A stretch of 64,000 nucleotides of DNA from Octopus vulgaris (Eukaryota). The position numbers and the translations under genes are program-made. The notes under the pieces are model-generated. The model made no database searches and was not told where the DNA came from. It worked only from the letters and a program-made list of their open reading frames with translations. Location of the stretch: positions 111,972,001 through 112,036,000 of the forward strand of contig OX597821.1 of assembly GCA_951406725.2 (NCBI GenBank), given 5' to 3'. Each line of letters starts with the position of its first letter. Positions within the stretch are counted from its first letter, which is position 1. Shown one piece after another: positions 1 through 11,811 of the stretch.

Positions 1-559
1 ACACACACACACACTTAGTAATAACTGCAGCAGCTCTTATGTCAACCAATAGCATCATTTACAAACTTCACATCTGCCTAAAAGAGAACAGTCATACAAA
101 TGCCTCCTCTGTCTGGTGTTGCTCCGTAAGATGATAATTACAGTGAAGGCCACAAAAAAAAAAGAAAAGAAAAATATTGAAAATTCAAGGATTAAAGAGG
201 CTATCCTGATTAACAAAATCTAAATCCACCTATTAAGAACAGACATGATCTAAGCTCACAGATTGATTGATTTTATGCAATCAGTCGGCACATGCTTCAG
301 TGTTAGCATTTAAAAGATAATTGCTTAGTTATTTTGATGTGTCTGACCAGCTGAAGCTAGCTTGGCTTTAGCTTTTCTTGATAAGGAGTTTCTAGGTCCA
401 AAGTATTGAATCACAAGGTGAAAAAAGAAGAAGAAAATTAACAAAAATAAATGAACTAAAAGGTAAAGTGTTGTTCATGTTTTGCTTCTGTTTATGGTTT
501 CTTTCCAAACTTATCATTGCAGAGGCCAGTTTTAATGAGTCCATCATATATATACATAC

Positions 560-722
560 ACGACAGGCTTCTTTCAGTTTCTGCCTACCAAATCGACTTA
601 CAAGGCTTAGATCGGCTTGAGGCTATAGTAGAAGACACTTGCCCAAGGTACCACGCAGTGGGACTGAACCTGGAAAGATGTGGTTGGGAAGCAAGCTTCT
701 TACCACAAAGCCATTCCTGTGC
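560..722 (-). mobile_element. SINE family A (tRNA-derived, CORE-like block), 5' module
   Basis: Reverse complement gives TGGCTTTGTGGTAAG (A box), GGTTCAGTCCC (B box), CCTTGGGCAAGT (CORE-like) and ...GAAACTGAAAGAAGCCTGTCG. The same module recurs more than 15 times in the window. Confidence 0.9.
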
Positions 723-892
723 ATACACACATGTGTGCATGCATGAAAGAGAGAAAAAGAGAAATAGAAGAGAGAGTAAAAAGAAAGAGAATGAGAGAGA
801 AAAGAGATAGATAGAGAGAGAGGGGGGAAGGAGACATGCAGATAGATAAATAACAAGCAGACAGGGAGATTATTGATAAACAGACATAAATT

Positions 893-949
<57 letters not shown>

Positions 950-1522
950 ATATTGAGCAAATATCAGGTACAGGAAATTAAGCTATCTTTAAGAGGTGTG
1001 GTCTAAAGAAGAAAGTTAATTGTTGATGACACCATAGATAAAAGTACATGAAGAGACTATAAATTATTTGTTATTTGGAATAATAACGACAACAACAACA
1101 ACAGCAACAACAACAATAATGATAATAATAATAATAATGAAGATGACAAAGACAGAGAAGTAAAAAAGAGAGACTGAAATAAATAAGATACAGAAGAAAA
1201 AAAAAACTAGCTACAGCTGCAATACCAACAACAACAACTACAAGGAAGTAACTACAGCAACGAGGCTGATAATAATAATAATAATAATAATAATGATAAT
1301 AATAATAACAACAACAATAATAATAATAAGAAGAAGAAGAAGAAGAAATAGGAGGCAGACAATGAGGGTAATAATATTAAAGTAACACGATTCTAAATGG
1401 AATGTGTTTTCTGAGAGCCAAAAAAATAGGAAATATGTCTTTCAGAGTGAAAGAACAGACAGTCACAAATATTTTACGCGCGCGTGCGTGTGTGTGTGTG
1501 TGTGTGTGAGTAAGTGTATATA

Positions 1523-1750
1523 CATCATCATCATCATCTTCATTATTATCATCATTTAACACCCCTTTGTTATGGGTCAGCAGTTGCTAGCAAACCAGAG
1601 ACCCCCCCACCACCACCACAATTGGCACAAGGCCCTCAATTGTCTGTCTTGGCTGATTTCTACAGCTGGACACCCTTCCTAATGCCAACCACTTTACAAG
1701 GTGTACCTGCGTGCTTTCTATGTGACACCAGCACAGGTGCTTCTTATGCA
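1523..1750 (-). mobile_element. SINE/retroposon family D, decayed, with (GAT)n tail
   Basis: TTTCTACAGCTGGA..CCCTTCCTAATGCCAACCACT motif next to a (CAT)n run, as in the cleaner copies at 36223 and 44621. Confidence 0.65.
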
Positions 1751-1940
1751 GAACCAGCATGGATGATTTTTAATTGGCACCGGAACACATGGAATCAAAT
1801 TCCTACATTTGTGTATTGTATCCTTTTTCATTTTAATGTCTAGTTTTCCATGCTTACATGTGTCACATGGAGTTTACTGAGACATGCCTTTCTTGTCACC
1901 AATTTCCAAGCAAGCTAATATTTTTTTTCTTTCTTTTTTT

Positions 1941-2121
1941 CTACTCTTGGCACAAGGCCCGAAAATTTGATTTACCCCGGTACACAACTGGTACTTAATT
2001 TATCGACCCTGAAAGGATGAAAGGCAAAGTCAACCTCAGTGGAATTTGAACTCAGAACATAAAGACAGATGAAATACCGCTAATCATTTCCCCCGGCGTG
2101 CTAACATTTCTGCCAGCTCAT
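1941..2121 (-). mobile_element. SINE family B (tRNA head, Deu/Nin-like core)
   Basis: CTGGTACTTAATTTATCGACCCTGAAAGGATGAAAGGCAAAGTC...GAATTTGAACTCAGAAC, recurrent in the window. The core resembles the Deu/Nin SINE domain (from recall). Confidence 0.85.
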
Positions 2122-2439
2122 TGCTAATATTTGCCCCAGGCCAGACATGGCTTTGCAGAATACTAGAAATGAAAGACATGGCTTGTATGAAACCACCATG
2201 TGATGGTAAGACAATTAGACATACACACACACACACACACAGTCATATGGATGGGATTCTTTCAGTTTCATTCCACCACACCCACTCACAAGGACTTTGA
2301 GAGTATAATTGAAGAAATTTGCCCAAGGTGTCACACAGAAGGATTGAACTCAATGTTATGAGGTTGGAAAGGAAATCTCTTAGCCATGTAACTACATCTA
2401 CACACACACACACACACACACGCATATATATATAAATAT

Positions 2440-2603
2440 ACGACGGGCTTCTTTCAGTTTCTGTCAACCAAATCCACTCACAAGGCTTTGGTGGGCCTGA
2501 GGCTACAGTAGAAGACACTTGCCCAAGGTGCCACACAGTGGGACTGAACCTGGAACCATGTGGTTTGTTAGCATGCTACTTACCACACAGCCACTCCTGT
2601 GCC
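2440..2603 (-). mobile_element. SINE family A 5' module (a second decayed copy lies at ~2248-2400)
   Basis: Near-identical to 560-722 and to 28601-28770. Confidence 0.9.
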
Positions 2604-2953
2604 ATTTCATAATGATAATAATAATAATAATGATAATAATAATTTTGTACATAAACAGAGCAAAAGGGATTTTGTCCAATGCTCAAGTGATTCTGACAAA
2701 AAAAAAAAAAAATTCTATCAATGTCACACTATGTAATTGGGTAATGTTTGGTTGGCATTGCAATCTGGAACTCAGAAGATTCCAATGAGAAAAATGGTAA
2801 CTGCAAGATGCAATGCAACAAGGAATAAATCCAGCAGCAAAAAAAAAAAAAAGCAAAATAGCAATATTGGGATAGGATAATCTTTTGCAAGTTTTTTTTT
2901 TTTTTTACATTATTTACAATTGACAGATTTTTGTCCTCATCTTGTTTGTTGTT

Positions 2954-2999
2954 AACACAACGTTTCGGCTGATATATCCTCCAACCTTCATCAGGTGTC
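2954..2999 (-). ncRNA. Minimal type I hammerhead ribozyme, intact core
   Basis: Minus strand: GACAC CUGAUGA A GGUUG gaggauauau CAGCC GAAA CG UU GUGUU. Stem I GACAC/GUGUU, stem II GGUUG/CAGCC, palindromic AACGUU in place of stem III. Confidence 0.8.
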
Positions 3000-3071
3000 T
3001 TGGGGAAATTTCAAACCTGGGTTCTCATTCCTAAGGTATTTTTCAATATTATTATTATTATTATTATTATT

Positions 3072-3144
3072 CAGGTCACTGCCTGGAATCGAACTAGGAA
3101 TCTTGGGGTTAGTAGCCTGCACTCTTAACCACTACGCCATATGC
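3072..3144 (-). promoter_or_regulatory. tRNA-like internal Pol III promoter (A box and B box)
   Basis: Minus strand GCATA-TGGCGTAGTGG-TTAAGAGTGCAGGCTACTAACCCCAAGATTCCTA-GTTCGATTCC-AGGCAGTGACCTG. No proper acceptor stem, so a SINE head rather than a tRNA gene. Confidence 0.75.
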
Positions 3145-3989
3145 AACAAACAAGATGAGGACAAATATCCATCAAATGTAAATAATGTACATAATTCCTC
3201 ATCTCTTAAGTATAGAACAGTTTTTTTTGTTTGTTTTAATTTCCATATATGGAAAGAAATGACTTCCTTTGAAAAGAACAACTTAAGCAGTAAATCTAAG
3301 AATACAGAAAATATCGCAATACAGGTAGAATAGGGTGTGTCCCTTGGTGGGGAGCAGAATCTGGCACACATATACACATATATGTGTGTGTGAGGGAGAG
3401 ATTGGCAGTAATGTTGGGGTAGTGAAAGAGGGGTTGGGTCGGGGTGGGGGTTGCTGCAAGAGCTGGGTGGATGGTGGGGATATTTTGTAAAAAGGTCTTG
3501 TGGCCTGTCAAGATCTTAATATTTCAGACAGTTCTGTAGGTCCTTTGGGAAGAATGGCTCCATAACAGCAACAATGGTAGGGTGGGGTGGGGGTAAGAAA
3601 CAGACCAAAACTAAGGCACACACAGAATGAACTTATTTTTTGTCATAAAAAAAATAAATAATAACAATGATGATGATGATGATGAATAAATAAATAAAAC
3701 AACATCCGGAAATTTCTTCTCACCCTTACTCTTCTCCCAAACACATACATACATACACTCCTACCACACTTCCAATAAGTAATTGCAGAAAAGGAAAATA
3801 GGGGGTAGGGGTGTGAGGGTGTGGAGAGAGAGAGAGAAAGAGAGAACAGTGAAAAAGAAAAAAAGGATTAAATTAAAACTGATAAAAAGATTTGTTTTGA
3901 TAGCTAAATTGGGGGAAGTTATGTAATAATAATGATAACAATAATAATAACAATAGTAGTGATAATAAAAATAGTGATAATCATAACAC

Positions 3990-4026
<37 letters not shown>

Positions 4027-4060
4027 GTAAAAAACTAACAGGAACAAATAACAGTAATAA

Positions 4061-4091
<31 letters not shown>

Positions 4092-4437
4092 CAAAGAACT
4101 GGGACCCCCACCCACCAAATGCAACCAAAAATCTAAGCCAAAAGAAAGAACAACAACAACAACAACAATAGCATCCATCTTTATTTGGTAAAGTAGTGAA
4201 GCAAAACCTAAATTTACACAATTTTTCAAGCAAGTTATTTGATATGTGTGTTTACCGATTCCAATGAAGTTGGTTCTTCTATATTGCAGTTGACTGGGTA
4301 TATTTGTACAATATATTATTGGGTGGCAACAAATGGCTGATCACTCGTGTGGAAATGCGAAAATTTCTTTAGCTTTTTGTCTTTTTTATATTTGTTCATA
4401 TGTTTTTTTGTTGCTGTTGATATCATGTGCATGTTTG

Positions 4438-4480
<43 letters not shown>

Positions 4481-5042
4481 TGTCATTACAAGAACTCTGG
4501 CGAGAATAAGGGACTACGTCCATTGCTGCCCATTTCGCTGTTGATGTCATCATCACCGCCATCACCCATATCCCTATCAACAACAGCACCATGACAACCA
4601 CCATCATCGTTGTCATCATCATCATCACCAACATCATGATTACCACCACTACCACTGTTATCATCACAATCACCATCACAGCCCCCTACCCATTTCTCCA
4701 TCATTTACCATCAACACACTGTATGGGAGAGCTTTCAATATGGTTTGCTAGAAAGTGCAGTCAACCCTCCCTCAAATTCCCTTTTCCTGTTCGGGCTTCT
4801 CTTATACATTAACCCCTCATCTCCCAGCATAAAGATACCTCCCTCTCTCCTATATCCCCACTCAGTCTTACAAGCTGCATGGCAAGCTCATCAGTAGGGA
4901 TGTCACAAAAAAGCATCCAGTACACTAGTTAAAGTTAATTGTACATATTACCAAGAATGTGTTTAGTATGGGAAACTGGTCTATCCAACAGTATTACACC
5001 ACTTGACATAGTGCTTATTTAAGCAATGTATTTGTGGATAGT

Positions 5043-5107
5043 TAATGGGTTGGATGTGGCACTGATGAAGGAGCAATAAATCCTGAAATATCTATATACA
5101 CCCATTA
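5043..5107 (+). ncRNA. Degenerate type I hammerhead-like motif
   Basis: CTGATGA (5062-5068), AGGA/TCCT stem II, GAAA (5085-5088). Distal stem I TAATGGGT/ACCCATTA pairs, but proximal stem I and stem III are poor. Confidence 0.5.
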
Positions 5108-5243
5108 CCTAGTTTTCTATCTTTGATCTCATTGTTCTAAATCCTAGAGAATATCTGTAGACAAAACTTAGTAAAGTGGCTGGTGTTAGGTAGGATGTCT
5201 ATATAGAACTTGATGATGATGATATATATATATATATATATGA

Positions 5244-5533
5244 AAGAATGTGGCCTAGTGGTCAGGATGTTGAGCTCATGATCATAAGATTGTAGGTTCA
5301 GTTCTTGGACAGAGTGGCACATTGTTTTCTTGAACAAAACATTTAATTTCCTGTTGCTCAAGTCCACTCAGATGCAAATGGATAACTCCATGACAAAATA
5401 ATCTTATCAAAGAAACATTGGCCTGCCCCACCAAACCAGTAGGGTGATATCATTCAAAAGCTAAATCAGTGAGAAGTGCATTGTGACCAGTGATGTATAA
5501 CATCCAAGTTTGGTTGATTATGCAATCACGTGA
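5244..5533 (+). mobile_element. SINE family E (tRNA head, CORE-like middle, ...TGTGACCAG...CACGTGA tail), decayed
   Basis: TGGCCTAGTGG A box and GGTTCAGTTC B box. The 3' part is homologous to 63776-63889 (minus) and 17822-17878. Confidence 0.7.
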
Positions 5534-5714
5534 CACACACACACACATATATATATATCAATGAGCTATCCAGCAAACTCCTGCAGACATCTCTCTCTCT
5601 GTCTCTCAATCTGCTTGTCTCTGTCTCTTTCCTTCTCTCCCCTAATAACATCAGAGAGTGAGGATTATTCTCATACAGTTTTCATTTGGTTGGATGTCTT
5701 TTACTTGGACATTA

Positions 5715-6055
5715 CAGTAATCCCTCGACTATAGCGGGTGTTACATTCCAAGACCTCACCGTGACAGATAAAAATCCGCGGCATAGAAACAGTACTGTAT
5801 ATTTTTCATTATTATTTTTATAATTTGTTATATTTATTTTTATAAATGCAAAACAACATGGAAGAACTGACGTAAGCTTATGTAATAAACCACGATATGT
5901 TGAGGGATTGCTGTGCACCAATACAATATAGAGTAACCCATGACAATCGTGGGTGTTATGTTCCAAAACCCCTCGCAATAGGTGAAAATCCACAAATAAT
6001 AAACTGCGATAGGTGAACCGTGATAAGTGAACTGCGATATGGCGAGAGACTACTG
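5715..6055. mobile_element. Tc1/mariner-pogo (Tigger-like) MITE, two tandem units
   Basis: TA|CAGTAATCCCTCGACTATAGCGG ... CTGCGATATGGCGAGAGACTACTG|TA: imperfect ~23-bp TIRs with TA on both sides. An internal end (~5913) and start (~5931) are also present. Confidence 0.8.
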
Positions 6056-6136
6056 TATTCAGAGTGGCCTGCAACATGCTGGGTATGTGAGTTCCACCAA
6101 GCTCTGCCCTGCCAGATACTCAGTAAAGTAGCTTCT

Positions 6137-6521
6137 TAGGAGGCGCAATGGCCCAGTGGTTAGGGCAGCGGACTCGTGGTCATAGGATCGTGGTTTCGAT
6201 TCCCAGACCGGGCGTTGTGAGTGTTTATTGAGCGAAAACACCTAAAAGCTCCATGAGGCTCTGGCAGGGGATGGTGGTGATCCCTGCTGTACTCTTTCAC
6301 CACAACTTTCTCTCACTCTTACTTCCTGTTTCTGTTGTACCTGTATTTCAAGGGGCTGGCCTTGTCAAACTCTGTGTCACGCTGAATATCCCCGAGAACT
6401 ATGTTAAGGGTGCACGTGTCTGTGGAGTGTTCAGCCACTTACACGTTAATTTCATGAGCAGGCTGTTCCGTTGATTCGGATCAACCGGAACCCTCATCGT
6501 CGTAACCGACGGAGTGGTTCC
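6137..6521 (+). mobile_element. SINE family C, full length with 12-bp TSD
   Basis: A box TGGCCCAGTGG and B box GTTTCGATTCC. TSD AAAGTAGCTTCT at 6125-6136 and 6522-6533. Homologous to 13909-14247. Confidence 0.92.
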
Positions 6522-7670
6522 AAAGTAGCTTCTAAGCAGAAGACCATTCCAACAGCACCGATTCCTAACTACTCATCAGTTAAAATATTATAAACTATTC
6601 CGTCTTCATATCAAGATTATCTAATACGAACACTAGGGGGAACAGCAGTAACGGCAACGGCAGCACTGGCAGCAGTAAATCTGGCAATCCTGCGAGGAAA
6701 TCAAGACCAGATGGAAGTCTTGCCCCCGCCAGCCCGTCCCTACCACCACCATGGCCATTCCTGTTACTGCCACTTCCTCTGTAGCTAACAAACAACATAA
6801 TCTGTTGAGGGAATATTGATGTTAATAAAGCTATAACGGAGGTTTATTATTATCATTATTATTATTATTATCATCATCATTATTATTATTATTAAAGGTT
6901 AGCACAGCAAGACAAATGGCATGATTTCAGTACGGATTCTGATGTTTACAGAACCAACGAGAAAGGAAAAAAAAAAAAAAAAAAAGGACGTTGGTGGTTG
7001 GTTGGCTGCTGGGACAAATAGAAAGAGAGAAAAAAAACCCAAAAAGCAAAAAGAAATTCCTATATACATATCTTTATATATATACACACACATATATATT
7101 AAATGGATATATATATATATATATATATATATATCTATACACAAACACATATATATATATATATATATATATATCTTTACACACACATATATATAAAAAG
7201 ATATATATATATATATATATATATATAAAGATATATATATATGTATATACATGCGCATGCACACACGGATGTTACATATATTTCATATATGTGTGCACAC
7301 AGATATAACGTCATAATGCATCTATCATGCAAACAGCATGGTTAGATGCTTTTCCTCTGGTACAGCACCAAAGTGTCCAATATGCATTTGCAGAGTGTCT
7401 CAAAGAGTGTGTGCACACACACACACACACAACACACGCATATATACATGCATATACAAACACACACTCACATAAACACATACGTAAGCATACATAGTGA
7501 AGAAGGAAAGAAATGAAGATTAACTGATGGAGATACATTAGTGTATATATATAGGTGTCTGTGTATTAGTATGTATTGATATATATACATATATATATAT
7601 GTATGTCTATGTATATTAATATACATACGTACATATATTATATATGTATGTGTGTGTGCATTAGTATGTA

Positions 7671-7707
<37 letters not shown>

Positions 7708-7742
7708 ATGTGTGTGTGACTAGATATATGTAAGCATATACA

Positions 7743-7774
<32 letters not shown>

Positions 7775-8415
7775 GTGTGTCAATGTATTTTAATATACAT
7801 ACATATATTATATATGTGTATGTGCCTGCTCAGCACTTGTAGCAGACAGCTTACTCAGATATCAATATACAATATTACTCTCGATTCTCTCCTAACCAAA
7901 CAAAACACCCACCCACCCACCCACCAACGCCACCCCTTTCCACCACCACCACCACCACCACCGCTACCATCACCCCTGTCTTTCTTTGCAAGGAAGCAAA
8001 ACATTAAAGGTTAAGTTACAGCTTAAAAGGAATGAAATGATATCAGAAAAAAAAACAATAAAATAAAATAAAATAAATATTAAAAAAATGTGTATATAAC
8101 ATGTCAATAAGCTATGGTAATCTAATGCCAGTTGAACTTAGTCTAGCTGCTGCTGCTGCTGTTTAGCTCCAGATCACTTTCAGTCAAAGTGGCCCATCCA
8201 GGGTCATCAAATCTGTAGAAATGTGTCTAGCACTATATTGCCTAATTTCTGTTTGCCCTTCCTGGTTTTGAAGATGCTGTATTTGTTAGATGGAAGTCTA
8301 GCTGTTATTTTTAGTAAGTCTGCTAGTCACATACAGGTTTCCTCACAGTGGTCATTCCAGATCCCATCCACGACCATTCCATATTAATTTCAGAAATGTA
8401 TTAAGAATGTATTCA

Positions 8416-8980
8416 GGCACAGGCGTGGCTGTGTGGTAAGAAGCTTGCTTCCCAACCACATGGTTCTGGGTTCAGTCTCACAGTGAGGCACTTTAGGCAA
8501 GTGTCTTCTAATATTCTTTTTTACTCTAGGAGGCACAAGACCTGAAATTTTTGGGGAGGGGCCCAGTTGATTAGATCGACCTCAGTGTGCAACTGGTATT
8601 TAATTTATTGACCCTGAAAGGATGAAAGGCAAAGTCGACCTCAGCGGAATTTCAACTCAGAATGTAAAGACAGACGAAATACTGCTAAGCATTTCACCCA
8701 ATGGAACGTTAAAAGTTCCAGCTTGCTGCCTTAGTGTCTACTAATATTATACCGGGTAGACCAAAACCTAGAGAGTGTATTTGGTAAATGGAAACTGAAA
8801 GAAGCCCATCACATATGTGTGTGTTTATGATTCATAATTTAGCAGTTCAGCAAAAGAGGCCGATGGAATAAAAACCAGGCTTAAAAATTTTTTTAAAGTC
8901 CTGAGTTTGATTCATTCAACTAAAAAGTTGCGGTGGTGCCCCAGCATGGTCACGGTCAAAAGACTGAAACAAGTAAAAGA
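8416..8980 (+). mobile_element. SINE family A, full length, interrupted by a family B copy
   Basis: Head GGCACAGGCGTGGCTGTGTGGTAAG; resumes after 8748; ends ...GACTGAAACAAGTAAAAGA. Confidence 0.85.
8516..8732 (-). mobile_element. SINE family B nested in family A, 16-bp TSD
   Basis: TSD AGTGTCT(T/A)CTAATATT at 8500-8515 and 8733-8748. Confidence 0.88.
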
Positions 8981-9088
8981 TATAGAGAATCAATAGATAA
9001 GTTATTGTCTGGATTCTCACTGTCCTGCATGGACCTCCTGAATTATTATTTGCTTGGGAGACATCGGTACATACCAGCAAATAGTTTG

Positions 9089-9188
9089 TTCATTGATTTC
9101 TATAAAGAAGAGTCAGAGTATCTTTGACTGATGAGACATACAATTAGGTCAAAACACCACTGTCTCAAAGTTCCTTCATGTCAATGAA
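9089..9188 (+). ncRNA. Type I hammerhead ribozyme with extended stem I and a G12A lesion
   Basis: CUUUGA CUGAUGA GAC auacaauuag GUC AAAAC A ccac U GUC UCAAAG: perfect 6-bp stem I, stem II, 3-bp stem III and GUC cleavage triplet. Distal TTCATTGA/TCAATGAA pairing. GAAA reads AAAA. Confidence 0.78.
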
Positions 9189-10879
9189 TTGTCTGTTATA
9201 AACACATCTTGTAAAGAGGGAAAGTGTTTTCTGATGATGAAAATCAATAGTGATCAGCAAATTCATGATTGAAATCATCAGAACATATGAAGAATAAATG
9301 GACACATTATCTTTTGGACTCTTGCTCTTCGGCAAGAATTATTATCTGTTTAGCAGACATCGGCAAATAATTTGTTTGTTTTGGCAATTTGCTGTGTTTG
9401 TGAAGGCACGTCAAGCCAAGTGAAATCATAGTCATGGCCAGATCCAGTGGCACGTAAAAGCTACCCAAAACACTCTCGGCGTGGTTGGCATTAGAAAGGA
9501 CATCCAGCTGTAGAAACCATGCCAAAATAGATGACTGATTTTGCCTGACTCTTCTCAAAGCTCATTTTCCCAGCGTTCACCACTTCACCTCGTTATGGCT
9601 CAACAGCCCTCACCGTTTGTTCTCACTTTCCTGTTTTTGAACCCTCTGCAAAAAGTTCTAAATTTTATTTAATTTGCTTTGCAGGAAGGACAGTTTTAAC
9701 GAAGTTGCGTCTTGTCCCTACCTTCGAAATGCGGAGTAGATAAAACAGGGGACAACTGATGAAGGGATGTTCTTTATGTTGCACGTCTCGTTTCTCTATT
9801 TGTTTCTTTCATTGTTCGAAAAAATTTCATTTTCTATGTTTTTGTTTTTTATGTTCTCATTTCTCATTCTGTCTACTTTCTTTTGATGTCCTGTACCCAT
9901 ATAAACATATATATGTAGGTATGTACATATATGTATGTATATATGCATATATTTATATATTATTTTGATTATTATATTATATATTAGACGAAAAGGGATT
10001 TGGAAGCCTACTATGGATCCTTAGCTCCGAGTCACTTTCCTTCTAATATATATATGTATATATATACACATCAGAAGGCTAACTAGAGAAAGAGGTTTAA
10101 GGATGAGAGAATCTAGTGAGTTCATTAAAAGGTCAACAGCATTGATTAATCCTTAAAAGATAAGTAATATCAAACATAATCTGGGAGATTTATATATACA
10201 TACATATGTATGTATGTACGTGTATATAGAAATGTGTGTGCGTATATATGTATGTATATGTATACATATTAATGCGCACGGTATGGTTAATACTTGGGAT
10301 TGCATTGTTGAGAATTTATGTTTAAACAGGATATTTTTGTCATAGAAATTATATATGAACGTGTGAGGTGTGAGGTGTGTGTGTGTGTGTATGTTTTTAT
10401 AAAAACATGTTTGTGTGCAGGTATAAGAGAATTTATGAATGTGTCTAAAAACACTCAGTGATGTTACTTCTTAATGAGTTTAATCATTAACTTCTTGTCA
10501 TAATTCATTAACAAAAAAAATTGCTGCATTTAATGGAACACGAAATTGAAAACAACCAACTCAATCACATACAGGTTCCCTTTCGCAGACGCATACAGCA
10601 ACATACATACACACACACACATCTATAACTACATGTACATACACAGTACAGCTTCCCCTTTCATTCAAATGTTTAAAGGGACCCTCCTTAATATCAACCA
10701 ATTTACAGCAAGTTCTAAGTAGCTGGTCTTCTTTATGCGGCACCAGCATTAGTGAGGTTGCTCTGTAACTTGCAAGTGGGTAGAGTGGTCTTAGTTTTGC
10801 CAGAAAAATAGTGACATCACTAGTGTTGGTGCTACAAACAACAACAGCAACAACAAAAAATGTCCAATTCATGCAGTGA

Positions 10880-11212
10880 CCTGGTTAGCATTACTAAAAG
10901 AGTGTCTGGCTGTAGAAACCCTACCAAAGTAGTCACTGGAACACAATGCAATCTTTGGACTCAATAGATTCTGTGAAAACCATCCAATTCATACCATCAA
11001 TCCCACCATGGAATATGGACATTAAATGATAATGATAATGACGATGATGATGATAATGACGATGATGATGATAATGACGATGATGATGATAACAACGATG
11101 ATGATGACAATGATGACGATAAAGACAATGATGATGACACTGATGATGATGACAAAGATGATGATGATGATGATAATGACGATGATGATGATGATGATGA
11201 CAAAGATGATGA
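10880..11212 (+). mobile_element. Decayed family D element with expanded (GAT/GAC/AAT)n tail
   Basis: GGTTAGCATTAC...GGCTGTAGAAACC...TGGACATTAAAT followed by about 185 bp of trinucleotide repeat. Confidence 0.65.
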
Positions 11213-11811
11213 ATTCAAACTGTACAAGAAGTATTTCCCAAAAGACAGAGCAGTGACTATAATTGTCTTTTGCGAAGTCACTTTGGTTTCATTGGAACCA
11301 TAGTACTTTGGAGACCAAATACCAATACGTAGTAGTAGAAATGGAATTCCAGTCTGTCTCTGGGACCCTTTCTAGCAGACATAGTACCATTCCATGCACG
11401 AGGTATTTAAACACCAGCTACGGTTTCGAAGATATATGGGGAATCATAACTCACAGATTATTCAACGCTATGACACAAAGATTCATCTCAGATATTCCAT
11501 ACCAAGATCTGTCTATCTTGTTGTATAATTCCTTGCAGGAGTTGTAGTCTGTGTGTCCTGGGTATTTTTAGATCTTGATAAGCCTGTCCCTATTCAGGTT
11601 GAATCAGAAACAAATTCTTCCAGGAACAGACACCATTAGAGAGAAAAGAGAACCAACACCAGCATAAAAATGGCATGTTATAAATCCTGAATGGAGAAAA
11701 GGCAGGGTCAACCTTGGTGGGAATTGAACCCAGAATGCAAGAAGCTGGAATGCGTATCACAAAGCAATCTATGCAGCACTCTGACTCGACTGCCAACTGG
11801 CCTATATATCT

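Larger units (their letters stand above)
2907..3218 (-). mobile_element. tRNA-headed, hammerhead-containing non-autonomous retroelement with Penelope-like inverted ends
   Basis: Minus strand reads tRNA-like head (3144-3072), (AAT)n, hammerhead (2999-2954), tail. The tail is repeated in inverted orientation at 3144-3189 with a ~30-nt extension. AGTTTTTTTT flanks both sides. A homologous copy lies at 21430-21668. Confidence 0.8.

Noticed and set aside
2892-2906. Poly(A) tail of the hammerhead SINE (T-run on the plus strand)
   Set aside because: A similar AGTTTTTTTT run flanks the other end and the 21430 copy lacks it, so it is more likely target-site sequence.
6139-6212. tRNA genes (also 3072-3144, 27295-27365, 43695-43769)
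   Set aside because: A and B boxes are present but acceptor stems do not close and each runs into a repeat body; these are SINE heads.
9229-9283. CTGATGA with a downstream GAAA
   Set aside because: Forms a simple TTCTGATGA/TCATCAGAA hairpin that sequesters the core; no hammerhead topology.
9711-9770. Possible permuted hammerhead (CCTTCGAAA ... CTGATGAAGGG)
   Set aside because: Core words are in type II order, but I could not build stem III or stem I around a UH site, and TTGTCCC/GGGACAA forms a competing helix. The surrounding 9550-10050 block may still be PLE-derived.
11263-11547. 94-aa non-repetitive ORF
   Set aside because: Starts at TTG, has no recognisable motif in any frame I translated and no convincing splice sites.
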